A DNA stretch of 64,000 nucleotides from an uncultured Chloroflexia bacterium. GTDB lineage: Bacteria > Chloroflexota > Limnocylindria > Limnocylindrales > CSP1-4. Below the pieces are notes generated by a model. That model worked only from the letters and a program-made list of their open reading frames with translations. It was not told the DNA's origin and did not search any database. The stretch is taken from contig CAVVJT010000007.1 of the NCBI GenBank assembly GCA_963748625.1, positions 896,001 through 960,000 of the forward strand, in the 5' to 3' direction. The translations under genes and the position numbers were made by a program. Positions 48,416 through 58,206 of this stretch are shown piece by piece. Each line of letters begins with the position of its first letter. The stretch's first letter is position 1.

Positions 48416-49510
48416 CTACTGCAGCGAGGACGCGGCCGCGTAGGCCAGCAGCACCTGGAGCCCGTTGAACGCGGCGTGCAGGCCGATCGGCGCCCACAGC
48501 GACCGGCGCGCCAGGAAGACCCAGCCCAGCACCACCGCCACCGGCAGGAGCGCCACGAACGAGAAGAGCGCGCGCTGGATCCCCTCTGCGAAGGACGCAT
48601 CGAACAGCGTCACCACGTGGGCGAACGCGAAGAACACGGCACCCCGGATGATCGCGGGTCGGGCGCCGTACGCCCGCGCCCATGCCGTCGTGGTGAAGCC
48701 GCGGAAGAACAGCTCCTCGCCCAGGGGCGCCAGGATCGCCGCGGCGGCAAGGTTCAGCAGCAGGCCGCCGGCGTCCACCGACGGCGGCAGCGGTGACGGC
48801 GGCGGGGTGAGGAACACGCTCAGCACGAGGCTCAGCGCGATCGTCATCACGAGCACCGGGACCGCGAGGACCGCGCCCACCGCGAGCTCGCGCAGGGCGG
48901 CGGCCGCCGGCTGGCCGAGGCCCATGTCACGCCAGGTCAGCGCCCCCTGGGACACCACGAAGGTGCGGATGACGAAGACGTAGACCAGGGCGGTGATCGC
49001 GAGCGACAGCGTGGTGGCCGCCGGCGCCGACGCATCCAGGCCGATCGCCGAGAGGGGGGCCAGCACCACGACCGTCAGCAGCAGCGTGATCACCACGATC
49101 GTGACGAATGCCAGGACCGGCGACGGTCCCCTGTAGGCGAGATCGGTCCGGCTCGACCGCTCCACCGCCTGGGACCCGGTGGCGGCCATGAGGCCCAGCG
49201 AGAGCGCGACGATGCCGAGCAGGAACAGCCAGCGCGCGGCACCCGATCCCGAGCCGGCCGCACCGATGGAGACGAAGACCGCGCCACCGCCGATCAGCGT
49301 GAGCAGCCAGGCGACGAGGTAGAGGCCGGGGACGCGTCGGCCCTCGAGCGAGAAGATGCCCGGCGTGGCAGGCGAGGCCGGGGGCGCGTCGGGCTTGTCG
49401 CGCGTATCGGGCGCGTCGCGCGTGTCGGGCGCATCCCGCGTGTCGAGCGCGGCGGGCGCCGGGTCGTCGGCAGGCGAGGCCGGGGGCGCGTCGGGCTGGA
49501 GGTCGTCCAC
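48416..49510 (-). CDS. CPBP (Abi/CAAX) intramembrane metalloprotease
   Basis: EELFFRG, FAFAH, HAAFN. Confidence 0.9.
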   Translation of the reverse strand: MDDLQPDAPPASPADDPAPAALDTRDAPDTRDAPDTRDKPDAPPASPATPGIFSLEGRRVPGLYLVAWLLTLIGGGAVFVSIGAAGSGSGAARWLFLLGIVALSLGLMAATGSQAVERSSRTDLAYRGPSPVLAFVTIVVITLLLTVVVLAPLSAIGLDASAPAATTLSLAITALVYVFVIRTFVVSQGALTWRDMGLGQPAAAALRELAVGAVLAVPVLVMTIALSLVLSVFLTPPPSPLPPSVDAGGLLLNLAAAAILAPLGEELFFRGFTTTAWARAYGARPAIIRGAVFFAFAHVVTLFDASFAEGIQRALFSFVALLPVAVVLGWVFLARRSLWAPIGLHAAFNGLQVLLAYAAASSLQ

Positions 49511-49556
49511 CGGACGCCCGGTCAGCGAGTCCTCGGATGCTCCCCGGGTCGGTCGG

Positions 49557-50171
49557 TCAAGGCTCCGGGGTCTGGCCCGAGCCACTCGAGGCCGAGCGCG
49601 GGCCCGATGTCCCGCGAGCCCGTGCGGCGATCCGCGACTGGACGGACGGCTGCTCGCGCCCGCCGGGGATCGCCTCGTAGGCGGCGAGGTCAACGCGCTC
49701 GAAGTCCTTGCCGCACCATGCGCAGAGCGACCAGTCGAGGCCCACGAGACGCCCGCAGTTGGCGCACACACGGTTGAGGCGGGTCCGGCAGGAGGGGCAG
49801 ATGATCCACTCGTCGTGGATCCGCCTGTGGCATGCCGGGCACGTCCTGATCTGCTCGACCTCGGCGAGGAGCGCCTCCTCCGCGAGGTTGCGCTCGTAGA
49901 CCTCGCCGATCTTCTCGTGCGGGCGCACGATCCGATACACGATGATCCCGAACACGAACAGGACCGGCGTGAACAGCACGATGAGCGCCGCCGCCAGGTA
50001 CGGGAGGATCGGGTTCTCGGACCGGAGCTGCATGTCGCGGAAGGCCCAGTAGGCGGCCGCGAGCCACAGGATCACGAAGTAGACGGCAATCGACTGGATT
50101 GCGAACTGGACGATCGGGCTGGCGAAGAAGCCGCCGATCGTCTCGCCGATCGTATTGAGGATCTCGTCCAT
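49557..50171 (-). CDS. Membrane protein with a double zinc ribbon
   Basis: Two TM segments; four CxxC pairs (CPAC, CPSC, CANC, CAWC). Confidence 0.85.
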   Translation of the reverse strand: MDEILNTIGETIGGFFASPIVQFAIQSIAVYFVILWLAAAYWAFRDMQLRSENPILPYLAAALIVLFTPVLFVFGIIVYRIVRPHEKIGEVYERNLAEEALLAEVEQIRTCPACHRRIHDEWIICPSCRTRLNRVCANCGRLVGLDWSLCAWCGKDFERVDLAAYEAIPGGREQPSVQSRIAARARGTSGPRSASSGSGQTPEP

Positions 50172-50312
50172 GCGGGAGTGTGCGGCCTCCGGGAAGGGGC
50201 GGAAGGCGCCGTCGGCGCGTCCGGGAGTGTAACAGGAGGGCACGTCGCGCCCCTGCCGTCGTGCTCACGTCAGCGGGTGACGACCGGGAGGGCGCCGACG
50301 TGACGTCCCTGT

Positions 50313-51287
50313 TCAAGGGCCGGTACGGGGGCCGTCGCCGGATCCCTGCACCTCACGCGGCACCGCGATCATCGTCCAGGCGGACGCCCTCACGCCCGTG
50401 GCCACGGATGCAAGCACGAGACTGCCCAGCCAGATGGCCACCCAGACCAGCACAGCAGCAATCGCGATGAGCGGCCCACGCTCCTCGACCAGGATGTCGC
50501 GTACCCGGGTCCAGCCGATCGCCGCCGCCACCAGCGACGGCCCAAGCAGGAACGCCACCAGCAACTGGCCGCCGATCGCCGTCCCGAGCACCCTGAGCGG
50601 CCGGCGGACGACCTCGTACCAGCCAAGGACCCACGCCGCACCCACGCTCCGGCGCTCCAGCACGAGGCGCCGCACGCCCATCGCCGCCGCGGCATCCGCG
50701 AGCAGCCACACGAGCAGCAGTGCGGCCAGGTGGAATGGCATCGCCCCGACGATCCGGACCGGCAGCGGCGTCAGCAGGTCGTCGGGGAGGACGAGCTCGC
50801 GATAGACCACGTCGTACACGTGCTGTGCCGAGAGGGCCATCACCACGACCACCGGACCCAGGGCAAGCAGTCGGATCACCGTCACGCGGAGGGTTCCGGG
50901 CGCCCCCTCGAGCGAGATCGCCTCGAGCGCGCCCTCGTCGGCAGCGGCCTCGAGCGTCACGCCGATCCCGTACCGCTCCGCCCATGCGCCCAGGATCACG
51001 GCACCGGTCACCAGCGCGAACCCGCCGAGCGTCCCGATGGCCGCCAGCAGGACCAGGCCCATCGTTGGCACGCCGAACACGAGGGTCGTCAACGGCGCTC
51101 CGAGCATGGTCTGGATGCCCGTGGGCGTGGGCAGCACGAGGATCGGCCAGCCGACCACCACGAGGCCGCCGCCGGCGAGGAAGCCGAGCAGGCCCAGGGC
51201 CCACGCGAGCGGACGCACGAGCGTGGCGACGATCGCCGTCGCCCATGCCTCGCCGATGGGGAGCCGCCGCGCGGCGGCCCCGGTCAC
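50313..51287 (-). CDS. Hypothetical multi-TM membrane protein
   Basis: About 7 hydrophobic helices; follows the UPF0182 gene. Confidence 0.7.
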   Translation of the reverse strand: MTGAAARRLPIGEAWATAIVATLVRPLAWALGLLGFLAGGGLVVVGWPILVLPTPTGIQTMLGAPLTTLVFGVPTMGLVLLAAIGTLGGFALVTGAVILGAWAERYGIGVTLEAAADEGALEAISLEGAPGTLRVTVIRLLALGPVVVVMALSAQHVYDVVYRELVLPDDLLTPLPVRIVGAMPFHLAALLLVWLLADAAAAMGVRRLVLERRSVGAAWVLGWYEVVRRPLRVLGTAIGGQLLVAFLLGPSLVAAAIGWTRVRDILVEERGPLIAIAAVLVWVAIWLGSLVLASVATGVRASAWTMIAVPREVQGSGDGPRTGP

Positions 51288-51329
51288 GGTGTCGCCGAAG
51301 CCCCGGTCACGGTGTCGCCGAAGCCCCGG
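51277..51329. repeat. 23-bp tandem duplication at the UPF0182 stop / next-gene start junction
   Basis: gccccggtcacggtgtcgccgaa twice, plus a partial third copy. Confidence 0.9.
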
Positions 51330-54300
51330 GGGAGGCCGTCAGCTCGGTCAGGCGGGTGAGCGCCGCACCCACAAGGTCCAGCTCCGCCTCGTAGCGGGCA
51401 AGGTCGCCCGCGCGGAGGGCCTGCTGCGCCAGCTCGTAGTGCTCGTTCGCGTATGCGATGAGGCCGTCAACATCGGTGGGCAGGCCACCGGGCGGGGCCG
51501 TGGTGGGCTGCGCGGTGGGTCCGGGTGTCGCGGTGGGGCCGGGTGTCGGCGTCGGAGTGGGCGTGCCGTTGCCCTCCCCCTGGAGCGCGAGGAGCTTGGT
51601 GAGCGACTCGCCCAGGGTGTCGCCCCAGACGATTGTGGTGGGGCTGGCCACCACGATCTTCTGGAACTCCGGGAACGCCGCCGACGTGGACTGCAGGTAC
51701 ACCGGTTGCAGGTAGAGCAGCGAGTCACCCACCGGGACCACGATCAGGTTGCCGCGGATGACCTGCGATCCGGACTGGTTCCAGAGTGAGATCTGGGCGG
51801 AGATCGACGGGTCCTGGTCGATGCGGGCCTCGATCTGGGCCGGTCCGAAGATGGTGGTGTCGGTCGGGAAGCGGTATGCCACGACCTGGCCGAGATTCGG
51901 GCCATCATTGCGGGCGGCAACCCACGCGATCATGTTCGGGCGGGCCTTGGCGATCATCGGCTGGAGCAGCAGGAACTCCGCCTTCGGCTCCTCCGGCATG
52001 CGCATCACCACGTAGTACGCCTCGGAGGGGAGGCTCTGCTCGTTGGTCTGCGCTTCGGGGACCGTCCACAGGTCGGTGTTGTTGAAGAACGTCAGCGGCT
52101 GCGTGACGTGGTAGGAGCCGAACATCCGGGTCTGGACGTTGAACTGCTCCTCGGGCGTGCGCAGGTGGGCCGCCAAGCCATCGGGCAGGTCTTCGATCGG
52201 CTCGAACACGCCCGGGAAGACACCGCTCCAGGCGCGGATCAGCGGGTCGGACGGATCCGCAATGAACAGCCGCATGCTGCCGTCGTAGGCGTTCATCGTG
52301 ATCTTGACGCTGTTGCGGATGTAGTTGAACGTCTCGCCGGCCAGCCCGGAGCCCTCTCCGAGGTCCCAGCCACTGAACCAGTTGGCGTTGGGGAAGTCAC
52401 TGCTGATCGTGTAGGCGTCCTGGACGTAGACGAGACTGCCCTCGGCGTCGATGACGAGGTACGGATCCTTGTCGTAGCGCAGGAACGGCGCAATCCGGTC
52501 GAGCCGCTCGTGGAGCGTGCGGTGGAACAGCAGCTGGCTCTCGGCCGTGATCTGGTCCGAGATGAGCATGTCCAGGTCTTTGAACCGCGCGGCGAAGAGG
52601 AGCCGCGACAGGGTGGTGTCAAGCGGGACGCCGTTGGTGCCGGACCAGCGGGTGGTCTCGTCCACCGTGGTGGTGCCCTGCGTGCGCGGGTAGTCGAACT
52701 CGGCCTGGCGGGCGCGGACCACGACGTAGCGGTCGTCCACCTCGCCGAAGTAGATGCGCGGCTGCTTGATCTCGGGCGCGCCATTGGTGGACAGCGGCGG
52801 CAGGTCCTTGATCCAGAGGTTGGGCTGGCCCTCCTGGGTGACCTCGTTGACCGGGACCATCGCCATGCCAATGCCGTGCGTGTAGATGATCCGCTGGTTG
52901 ACCCAGCCCGTGGCCTGCTGGTTCTTCTCGATCGCCATCTCGCGACCCGAGAGCATCACCTGGCGCAGATCACCGTTCACGTAGTAGCGGTCGGTGTCCA
53001 CGTCATTGAAGTCGTAGTACTGGCGGACCGTCTGGAGCTGGTCGAGCGTGACCTGCAGCGGACGGTAGTCCCACAGGCGGGCGTTGGTGAACGTGTCTGC
53101 CTCGGACCGCAACGCCTCCTCGGTGAGGGGCGCGGTCCCGCCGTAGTCCCGCGACACCCAGTCGTCCAATCCAAAACCGAGTTGGGTCATCGCGATGTTG
53201 TTGGCGATGTACGTCTGTTCCTGGGCGTAGGTGTTGGGGTCCACGGTGAGGCGCTGGATGGCTTCCGGGTACACCCGGCCCAGCACGATCGACGCCGAGA
53301 ACCAGATGATCATCACGGCGCCCAGCGGCCACATCCAGCGGGTGAACGCGCCGCCCACGAGCAGGGCCGCGGCCAGGGCCGAGAGCACCATGAGCACGTC
53401 GTAGGCCATGAAGCGGGCGTTGGCGTCGGTGTAGGACACGCCGACCGCAACACCCTGGGTGCTGTAGACCAGCTCCCACTTGTCGAGCTGGTAGCCCACC
53501 GCGACCGTGAGCAGGTACAGGCCCGCGAGGATGGCGAGGTGCACGCGGACGCGGGTGACGAAGACCTCGCCTCCGCGGCTGGTCTGGAGGAAGTAGCGCG
53601 CACCTGCCACGGCGAGGGCCGCGAGCAGGAGGCCGTTCGCCGTCGCCTGGGCGAAGCGCAGGAAGGGCAGGTCGAACAGGAAGAAGCTGATGTCCTGGCC
53701 GAAGACGGGATCGGTGACGGCCTCCGTGGGCGAGAAGGGCACACGGTTGACCCACAGCAGGAGCGTCTCCCACGTGCCCGACACGGTGCCGGCGACGCCG
53801 AGCGCGATGACCACGGCCATCCCGGCGATCAGCCACTTGCCCACCGGGACGAGGTCGGGGATGTCGTCAGGGTTGACCGAGATCGACTCCATGGACGGGC
53901 CGCGGCCCGAGGGGCCGCCCGGGAAGCCGCCCGCCGTGCGCGCCTGGCGCTCGGCCTGGCGCTGCGTCTCGGTCCAGCGCGCGGCCCACTCCTTGAGGCG
54001 GCCGGGCTTGTCGGGATCGGCCGGCGGGACGAGTCGTCCGGCCAGCCAGAGGTTGAGCCAGAGGAACAGCAGGGCGACCAGGAGCGTGGCTGCGAACAGG
54101 CCCACCTGGACGCCGATCCGTGTCCAGAAGACCGAATCGAAGCCGATGGTGCCGTACCAGATGGCATCGGTCCAGATGTCCACGATGGTGCCGGCGAGCA
54201 GGAAGAACAGCACGATGGCGGCAACCACGGCCACGATGGCGCCCTGCCGGACCATGGTCTTGCGCGAGGGCGGCGTCATGCCACCTCCGCTGCCCCGACC

Positions 54301-54534
54301 GGGACGGCGCGACCCGCCGCCACCTGCGTCACCGCCATCGCCGCTTCCGCCGTCGCCCGCCCGGCGGCCCCGCGGCCGGATCGGCGTGGGCTCGTCGTCA
54401 CGCTCCTCGCCAGCGTCCTCGCTGTCCGCATCATCGTCGGAAGAGGGGGAATCATCATCGCGCGGCGCTCGCCCCTCGGCCTGCGCACGGCGGCGGTCGA
54501 GCTCGCGTAGGAACTCGTCGAACAGGTCGCCCAT
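51307..54534 (-). CDS. UPF0182 family membrane protein
   Basis: DPVFGQDISFF, NARLWD, YTHG, PRIYFGE, NYIRNSVK, GNLIVVPV. Confidence 0.95.
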   Translation of the reverse strand: MGDLFDEFLRELDRRRAQAEGRAPRDDDSPSSDDDADSEDAGEERDDEPTPIRPRGRRAGDGGSGDGGDAGGGGSRRPGRGSGGGMTPPSRKTMVRQGAIVAVVAAIVLFFLLAGTIVDIWTDAIWYGTIGFDSVFWTRIGVQVGLFAATLLVALLFLWLNLWLAGRLVPPADPDKPGRLKEWAARWTETQRQAERQARTAGGFPGGPSGRGPSMESISVNPDDIPDLVPVGKWLIAGMAVVIALGVAGTVSGTWETLLLWVNRVPFSPTEAVTDPVFGQDISFFLFDLPFLRFAQATANGLLLAALAVAGARYFLQTSRGGEVFVTRVRVHLAILAGLYLLTVAVGYQLDKWELVYSTQGVAVGVSYTDANARFMAYDVLMVLSALAAALLVGGAFTRWMWPLGAVMIIWFSASIVLGRVYPEAIQRLTVDPNTYAQEQTYIANNIAMTQLGFGLDDWVSRDYGGTAPLTEEALRSEADTFTNARLWDYRPLQVTLDQLQTVRQYYDFNDVDTDRYYVNGDLRQVMLSGREMAIEKNQQATGWVNQRIIYTHGIGMAMVPVNEVTQEGQPNLWIKDLPPLSTNGAPEIKQPRIYFGEVDDRYVVVRARQAEFDYPRTQGTTTVDETTRWSGTNGVPLDTTLSRLLFAARFKDLDMLISDQITAESQLLFHRTLHERLDRIAPFLRYDKDPYLVIDAEGSLVYVQDAYTISSDFPNANWFSGWDLGEGSGLAGETFNYIRNSVKITMNAYDGSMRLFIADPSDPLIRAWSGVFPGVFEPIEDLPDGLAAHLRTPEEQFNVQTRMFGSYHVTQPLTFFNNTDLWTVPEAQTNEQSLPSEAYYVVMRMPEEPKAEFLLLQPMIAKARPNMIAWVAARNDGPNLGQVVAYRFPTDTTIFGPAQIEARIDQDPSISAQISLWNQSGSQVIRGNLIVVPVGDSLLYLQPVYLQSTSAAFPEFQKIVVASPTTIVWGDTLGESLTKLLALQGEGNGTPTPTPTPGPTATPGPTAQPTTAPPGGLPTDVDGLIAYANEHYELAQQALRAGDLARYEAELDLVGAALTRLTELTASPGASATP

Positions 54535-54561
54535 CCCCGCAAGTCTAGGCGAGAACCGGAC

Positions 54562-55101
54562 TCAGGGCCGATGGAGGCTTGCGACCGCGCTGGCGAACCC
54601 CGCAAGCACCTGCTCAGCGAGCTTGTTCGAGGTCATCGTCGCGGCCAGGGCCGGCTCCCACTTGAAGGCCGCCCGGATCACGAGCGGGCACCGCCAGGGG
54701 CGTGCCTGGTCCTCCGGCGGGTAGAGCGGGGTGAGCCGCACGCAGAGGCGGCCGTCCTCCTCCCGGACCAGCCCCGAGAGCGCACCCGCGAAGGCGGGGC
54801 CAAGCCGCATCAGTGGTGGCTCCGGCGGCGGGCCGGCAGCCGGGCCGACCTCGCGGAAGGAGATGACGCCCTCGTCGTCGGTGATCCACAGGACGCCCAG
54901 CCACCAGTCGTCCGGGCCATCCTGGGGGCGGGCCATGCCGGCCCCGAGGCGGCGCCCCCCGACGGTAAGCTCGTACGGCTTGAGGTAGCCGGGACCGGGA
55001 TGCGGCAGTCGTTCAGGCACGCGAGCGAGGATACCGGCTGCCGCTCGGCCGCCCTCGTCCCCCCTCGGCCTGAGGTCCATCCTGGTCGGCCGGAAATCCA
55101 T
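54562..55101 (-). CDS. Hypothetical protein (start may be ATG 55080)
   Basis: Protein-like ORF co-oriented with its neighbours. Confidence 0.55.
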   Translation of the reverse strand: MDFRPTRMDLRPRGDEGGRAAAGILARVPERLPHPGPGYLKPYELTVGGRRLGAGMARPQDGPDDWWLGVLWITDDEGVISFREVGPAAGPPPEPPLMRLGPAFAGALSGLVREEDGRLCVRLTPLYPPEDQARPWRCPLVIRAAFKWEPALAATMTSNKLAEQVLAGFASAVASLHRP

Positions 55102-55271
55102 CCCTGCAAGGATGGAATCGCCCTGCCGATCCGCGTGGGGATGGAATCGGCCGACGGCGTGCGGCGGTCGCGCCCGAAGTCCGACCTTCAGTGCGCCAGC
55201 CCTGCACGCTCGGCCCCGAGATCATCTCCACGGGGATTGATCGTCCTTCCTATCCCCGTGGGGATGGAATC
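55097..55271. repeat. Four-core palindromic element (ATCCCCRYGGGGATGGAATC-like cores in two pairs)
   Basis: Cores at about 55097, 55129, 55224 and 55252; 28-29 nt spacing within each pair. Confidence 0.7.
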
Positions 55272-55876
55272 TCCCCGGTGGGCGGCGCATCGGCCGGATG
55301 GAGCTCGGCAGGCCACTGTCCCTCGACCGGGACTCCGTCGTCCCCGATCGCGTGGTCGCGACTGGCAGCCTCGGGCGCCTCGGCGGCATCAAGTGCTTCG
55401 TCGGCCGCCTCGGGCGCCTCGGACCCAACCACGGGATCGTGACCGGCAAGTCGCGCCGCCTCCGCAGCCGGCAGGTCGTCCACGTGGATCCCGAGCTGGG
55501 ACATCGCGTCCGCCCGCAGGGCAGCCCGCTCCGCCTCCTCCGCCGCGAGCCGCGCCTCCGTCTCCAGGCGCAGCATCTCCCGCTTGACCTCGTTGGACGG
55601 CTGGGCAAGCGACGCCTGATGCTCGCGAGCCGACGCCGCATCCGCCTCGTCGCCGGTGATCAGGGACAGGAACCGGCTGCGGGGCCGGGCGACCGCGGAG
55701 CGGGCGCGCAGAATCGCCTCGGCATCGAGCGTGGTCACACCCTTGATGTCCGCATCGGTCCCAGGTGTGCTCACCAGTTGAGCGTCGCAGGACGGGCATC
55801 GTTCGGCGCCGGGCACCGGCAGGGCAGCCGAGCACCACGGGCAACGCGGCGCAGGGCCGCTCATCGGGTCGGTCAT
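55250..55876 (-). CDS. Hypothetical zinc-ribbon protein
   Basis: N-terminal CPWC...CPSC; coiled coil. Confidence 0.7.
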   Translation of the reverse strand: MTDPMSGPAPRCPWCSAALPVPGAERCPSCDAQLVSTPGTDADIKGVTTLDAEAILRARSAVARPRSRFLSLITGDEADAASAREHQASLAQPSNEVKREMLRLETEARLAAEEAERAALRADAMSQLGIHVDDLPAAEAARLAGHDPVVGSEAPEAADEALDAAEAPEAASRDHAIGDDGVPVEGQWPAELHPADAPPTGEIPSPRG

Positions 55877-55932
55877 ATCTGGATTGTGAACCCCCGGTGC
55901 AACGTGGCTACTCCCCCGAATGGCCTAGTCGC

Positions 55933-57699
55933 TCACTCCCATTCGATAGTGGCGGGCGGCTTGCTGCTGATGTCGTACACGACCCGGTTGACCCCGGGGA
56001 CCTCGTTGACGATCCGTGACGAGATCTTGCCCAGCACGTCGTACGGGAGCTTCGCCCAGTCTGCCGTCATCCCGTCCTCGGACGTCACGGCGCGGATCGC
56101 AACCACGTTGGCGTAGGTGCGCCCGTCACCCATGACCCCCACCGAGCGGACCGGCGTGAGGATCGCGAACGACTGCCACACGCTGCGGTACAGGCCTGCG
56201 GCCTTGATCTCGTCGATCACGATCCAGTCCGCGTCGCGCAGGGTGTCCAGGCGCTCGGCGGTGACCTCGCCCAGGATCCGGATCGCGAGACCCGGCCCGG
56301 GGAACGGCTGGCGCTGGACCATCGCCTCGGGCAGGCCCATCGCCATGCCGACGTTGCGCACCTCGTCCTTGAACAGGTAGCGCAGCGGCTCGATCAGCTG
56401 GAAGCGCAGGTCCGCCGGCAGCCCGCCAACGTTGTGGTGCGTCTTGATCTTCTGGGCAGTCTTGGTCTCGGGCGTCGTGCTCTCGATGACGTCCGGGTAG
56501 AGCGTGCCCTGGGTGAGGAAGTCGATCTGGCCGATCCTGGCCGCCTCCTCCTCGAAGACCCGGATGAACTCGTCGCCGATGATCCGGCGCTTCTGCTCCG
56601 GGTCCGTGACACCGGCGAGCCGGGCCAGGAACCGCTCGCGGGCGTCCACCATCACGAGCCGCATGCCGAGATTGGCCTCGAAGGTGACGCGCAGGAGCTC
56701 CGACTCCTTCTTGCGCATCAGCCCGTGGTCCACGTAGATGCAGGTGAGGCGGTCACCGACCGCGCGATGGACGAGGGCCGCAGCGACCGCGGAGTCCACG
56801 CCGCCCGAGAGCGCGCAGATCACCTGGCCGGTCGAGCCGGTCGCGGCCGCATGGCGATCCACGCGCTCGCGGATCTCGGCAACGGTGGTGTCGATGAAGT
56901 TGGCAGGTGTCCAGGCGGGTGCGATGTGCGCAATGCCGGTGACGAAGTTGCGCAACACATCCCGACCGCGCGGCGTGTGGACGACCTCGGGGTGGAACTG
57001 GATCCCGTAGAGGTTGCGCTCCGGCGCGGCCAGACCGGCGTATGGCGTGGAGTCCGTCTGCGCCGTCGCCCGGAAGCCCTCCGGCAGCCGCGTGATCGAG
57101 TCGCCATGGCTCATCCAGACGGGCTGCTCGCGGTCGATGCCGGCGAACAGGCCGTCCTCCTGGGTGATCAGGACGGTCGCCGGGCCGTACTCGCGCTTGC
57201 TCGACGGCTGGACGTCGCCGCCCAGCTCGAGGGCCATGAGCTGCGCGCCGTAGCAGATGCCCAGGACAGGCAGGCGCCCGCTCCAGATCGACCCGTCCGG
57301 CTTGGGGGCGCCCTCGTCGTAGACGGACTTGGGGCCGCCCGACAGGATCACGGCCCGCACGCCGCGGCGCTCCAGCTCTGCCAGAGGCGTGTCGTGGGGC
57401 AGCAGCTCGGAGTAGACGTTGAGCTCGCGCACGCGGCGGGCGATCAGCTGGGCGAACTGGGAGCCGAAGTCCAGGACGGCGACGACGCCGGGCTCGGGCA
57501 CGACGGCCGCAGCTGGCGGGTCGGTGGGCGAGCGATCCGGCGGCGGCGCATCGAGGGCGACCTCGAGGTAGGCCTCGACCTCCGCGTCATCGGGCGCCAG
57601 CACGCGGTGGCCCGCGTTCGCGGCCTCTCCGTGGACCGTCTTGCCGCGGTCGCGTGCCGGGTCCGGCACCGCCTGCTGCTGCTCGTCCGACTCGGTCAA
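55933..57699 (-). CDS. guaA: GMP synthase (glutamine-hydrolysing) with an N-terminal extension
   Basis: [39 protein letters not shown]; TTG start with GGAGAGG RBS. Confidence 0.98.
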   Translation of the reverse strand: MTESDEQQQAVPDPARDRGKTVHGEAANAGHRVLAPDDAEVEAYLEVALDAPPPDRSPTDPPAAAVVPEPGVVAVLDFGSQFAQLIARRVRELNVYSELLPHDTPLAELERRGVRAVILSGGPKSVYDEGAPKPDGSIWSGRLPVLGICYGAQLMALELGGDVQPSSKREYGPATVLITQEDGLFAGIDREQPVWMSHGDSITRLPEGFRATAQTDSTPYAGLAAPERNLYGIQFHPEVVHTPRGRDVLRNFVTGIAHIAPAWTPANFIDTTVAEIRERVDRHAAATGSTGQVICALSGGVDSAVAAALVHRAVGDRLTCIYVDHGLMRKKESELLRVTFEANLGMRLVMVDARERFLARLAGVTDPEQKRRIIGDEFIRVFEEEAARIGQIDFLTQGTLYPDVIESTTPETKTAQKIKTHHNVGGLPADLRFQLIEPLRYLFKDEVRNVGMAMGLPEAMVQRQPFPGPGLAIRILGEVTAERLDTLRDADWIVIDEIKAAGLYRSVWQSFAILTPVRSVGVMGDGRTYANVVAIRAVTSEDGMTADWAKLPYDVLGKISSRIVNEVPGVNRVVYDISSKPPATIEWE

Positions 57700-57770
57700 C
57701 GACCTCTCCCGTGCTGTCGTGCGATCGTGTGCGCAGAGTCTACCGGCAGGCGACCCCAGGGAGGTTCCCG

Positions 57771-58076
57771 TTGACGTACTCGATCGGTGCACTCGACCGT
57801 GCGACCGGCGACCTCGGCGTCGCGGTCCAGACCCGCTGGTTCGGCGTGGACGCGTGGGTGCCGTGGGTTGAGGCCGGCGTCGGTGCGGTCGCCACCCAGT
57901 CCTTCACCGAACCTGGGCACGGGTTCCACGGGCTGCCTCGCGACGCGGAGGCGCGCGACGCGTTTGCACGGGCCACCTCGGTCGAGTCCCGGTCAGGCGA
58001 GCACCTCCGCCGCTTCGCCGAGGCCGGGCACCTGCCGGGCGGAGACGACACGCTGCGCCGGCTCGGGCTGGCCTGA
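57771..58076 (+). pseudogene. Internally deleted DUF1028 (Ntn-hydrolase-like) gene
   Basis: GGAGG RBS + TTG; TYSI...[10 protein letters not shown]...[10 protein letters not shown]-terminus joined directly to a short helical tail; only about 100 aa. Confidence 0.7.
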
Positions 58077-58206
58077 CCGCGGCAGCCCTCAACCGCAAGG
58101 TCACGGTCAGCGGCGAACGGCGTCTTCAGGCCGAATCGGCCTTGCTGCCCTCAAGTCGCGCGCCTAGCGTCCAGCGAACAGGGCCGTACCAAGGAGGGAC
58201 GTCTGC

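Noticed and set aside
55097-55271. Degenerate type I-E CRISPR repeats (ATCCCC...GGGGAT resemblance)
   Set aside because: The 28-29 nt period leaves no room for spacers, and there are only two pairs.
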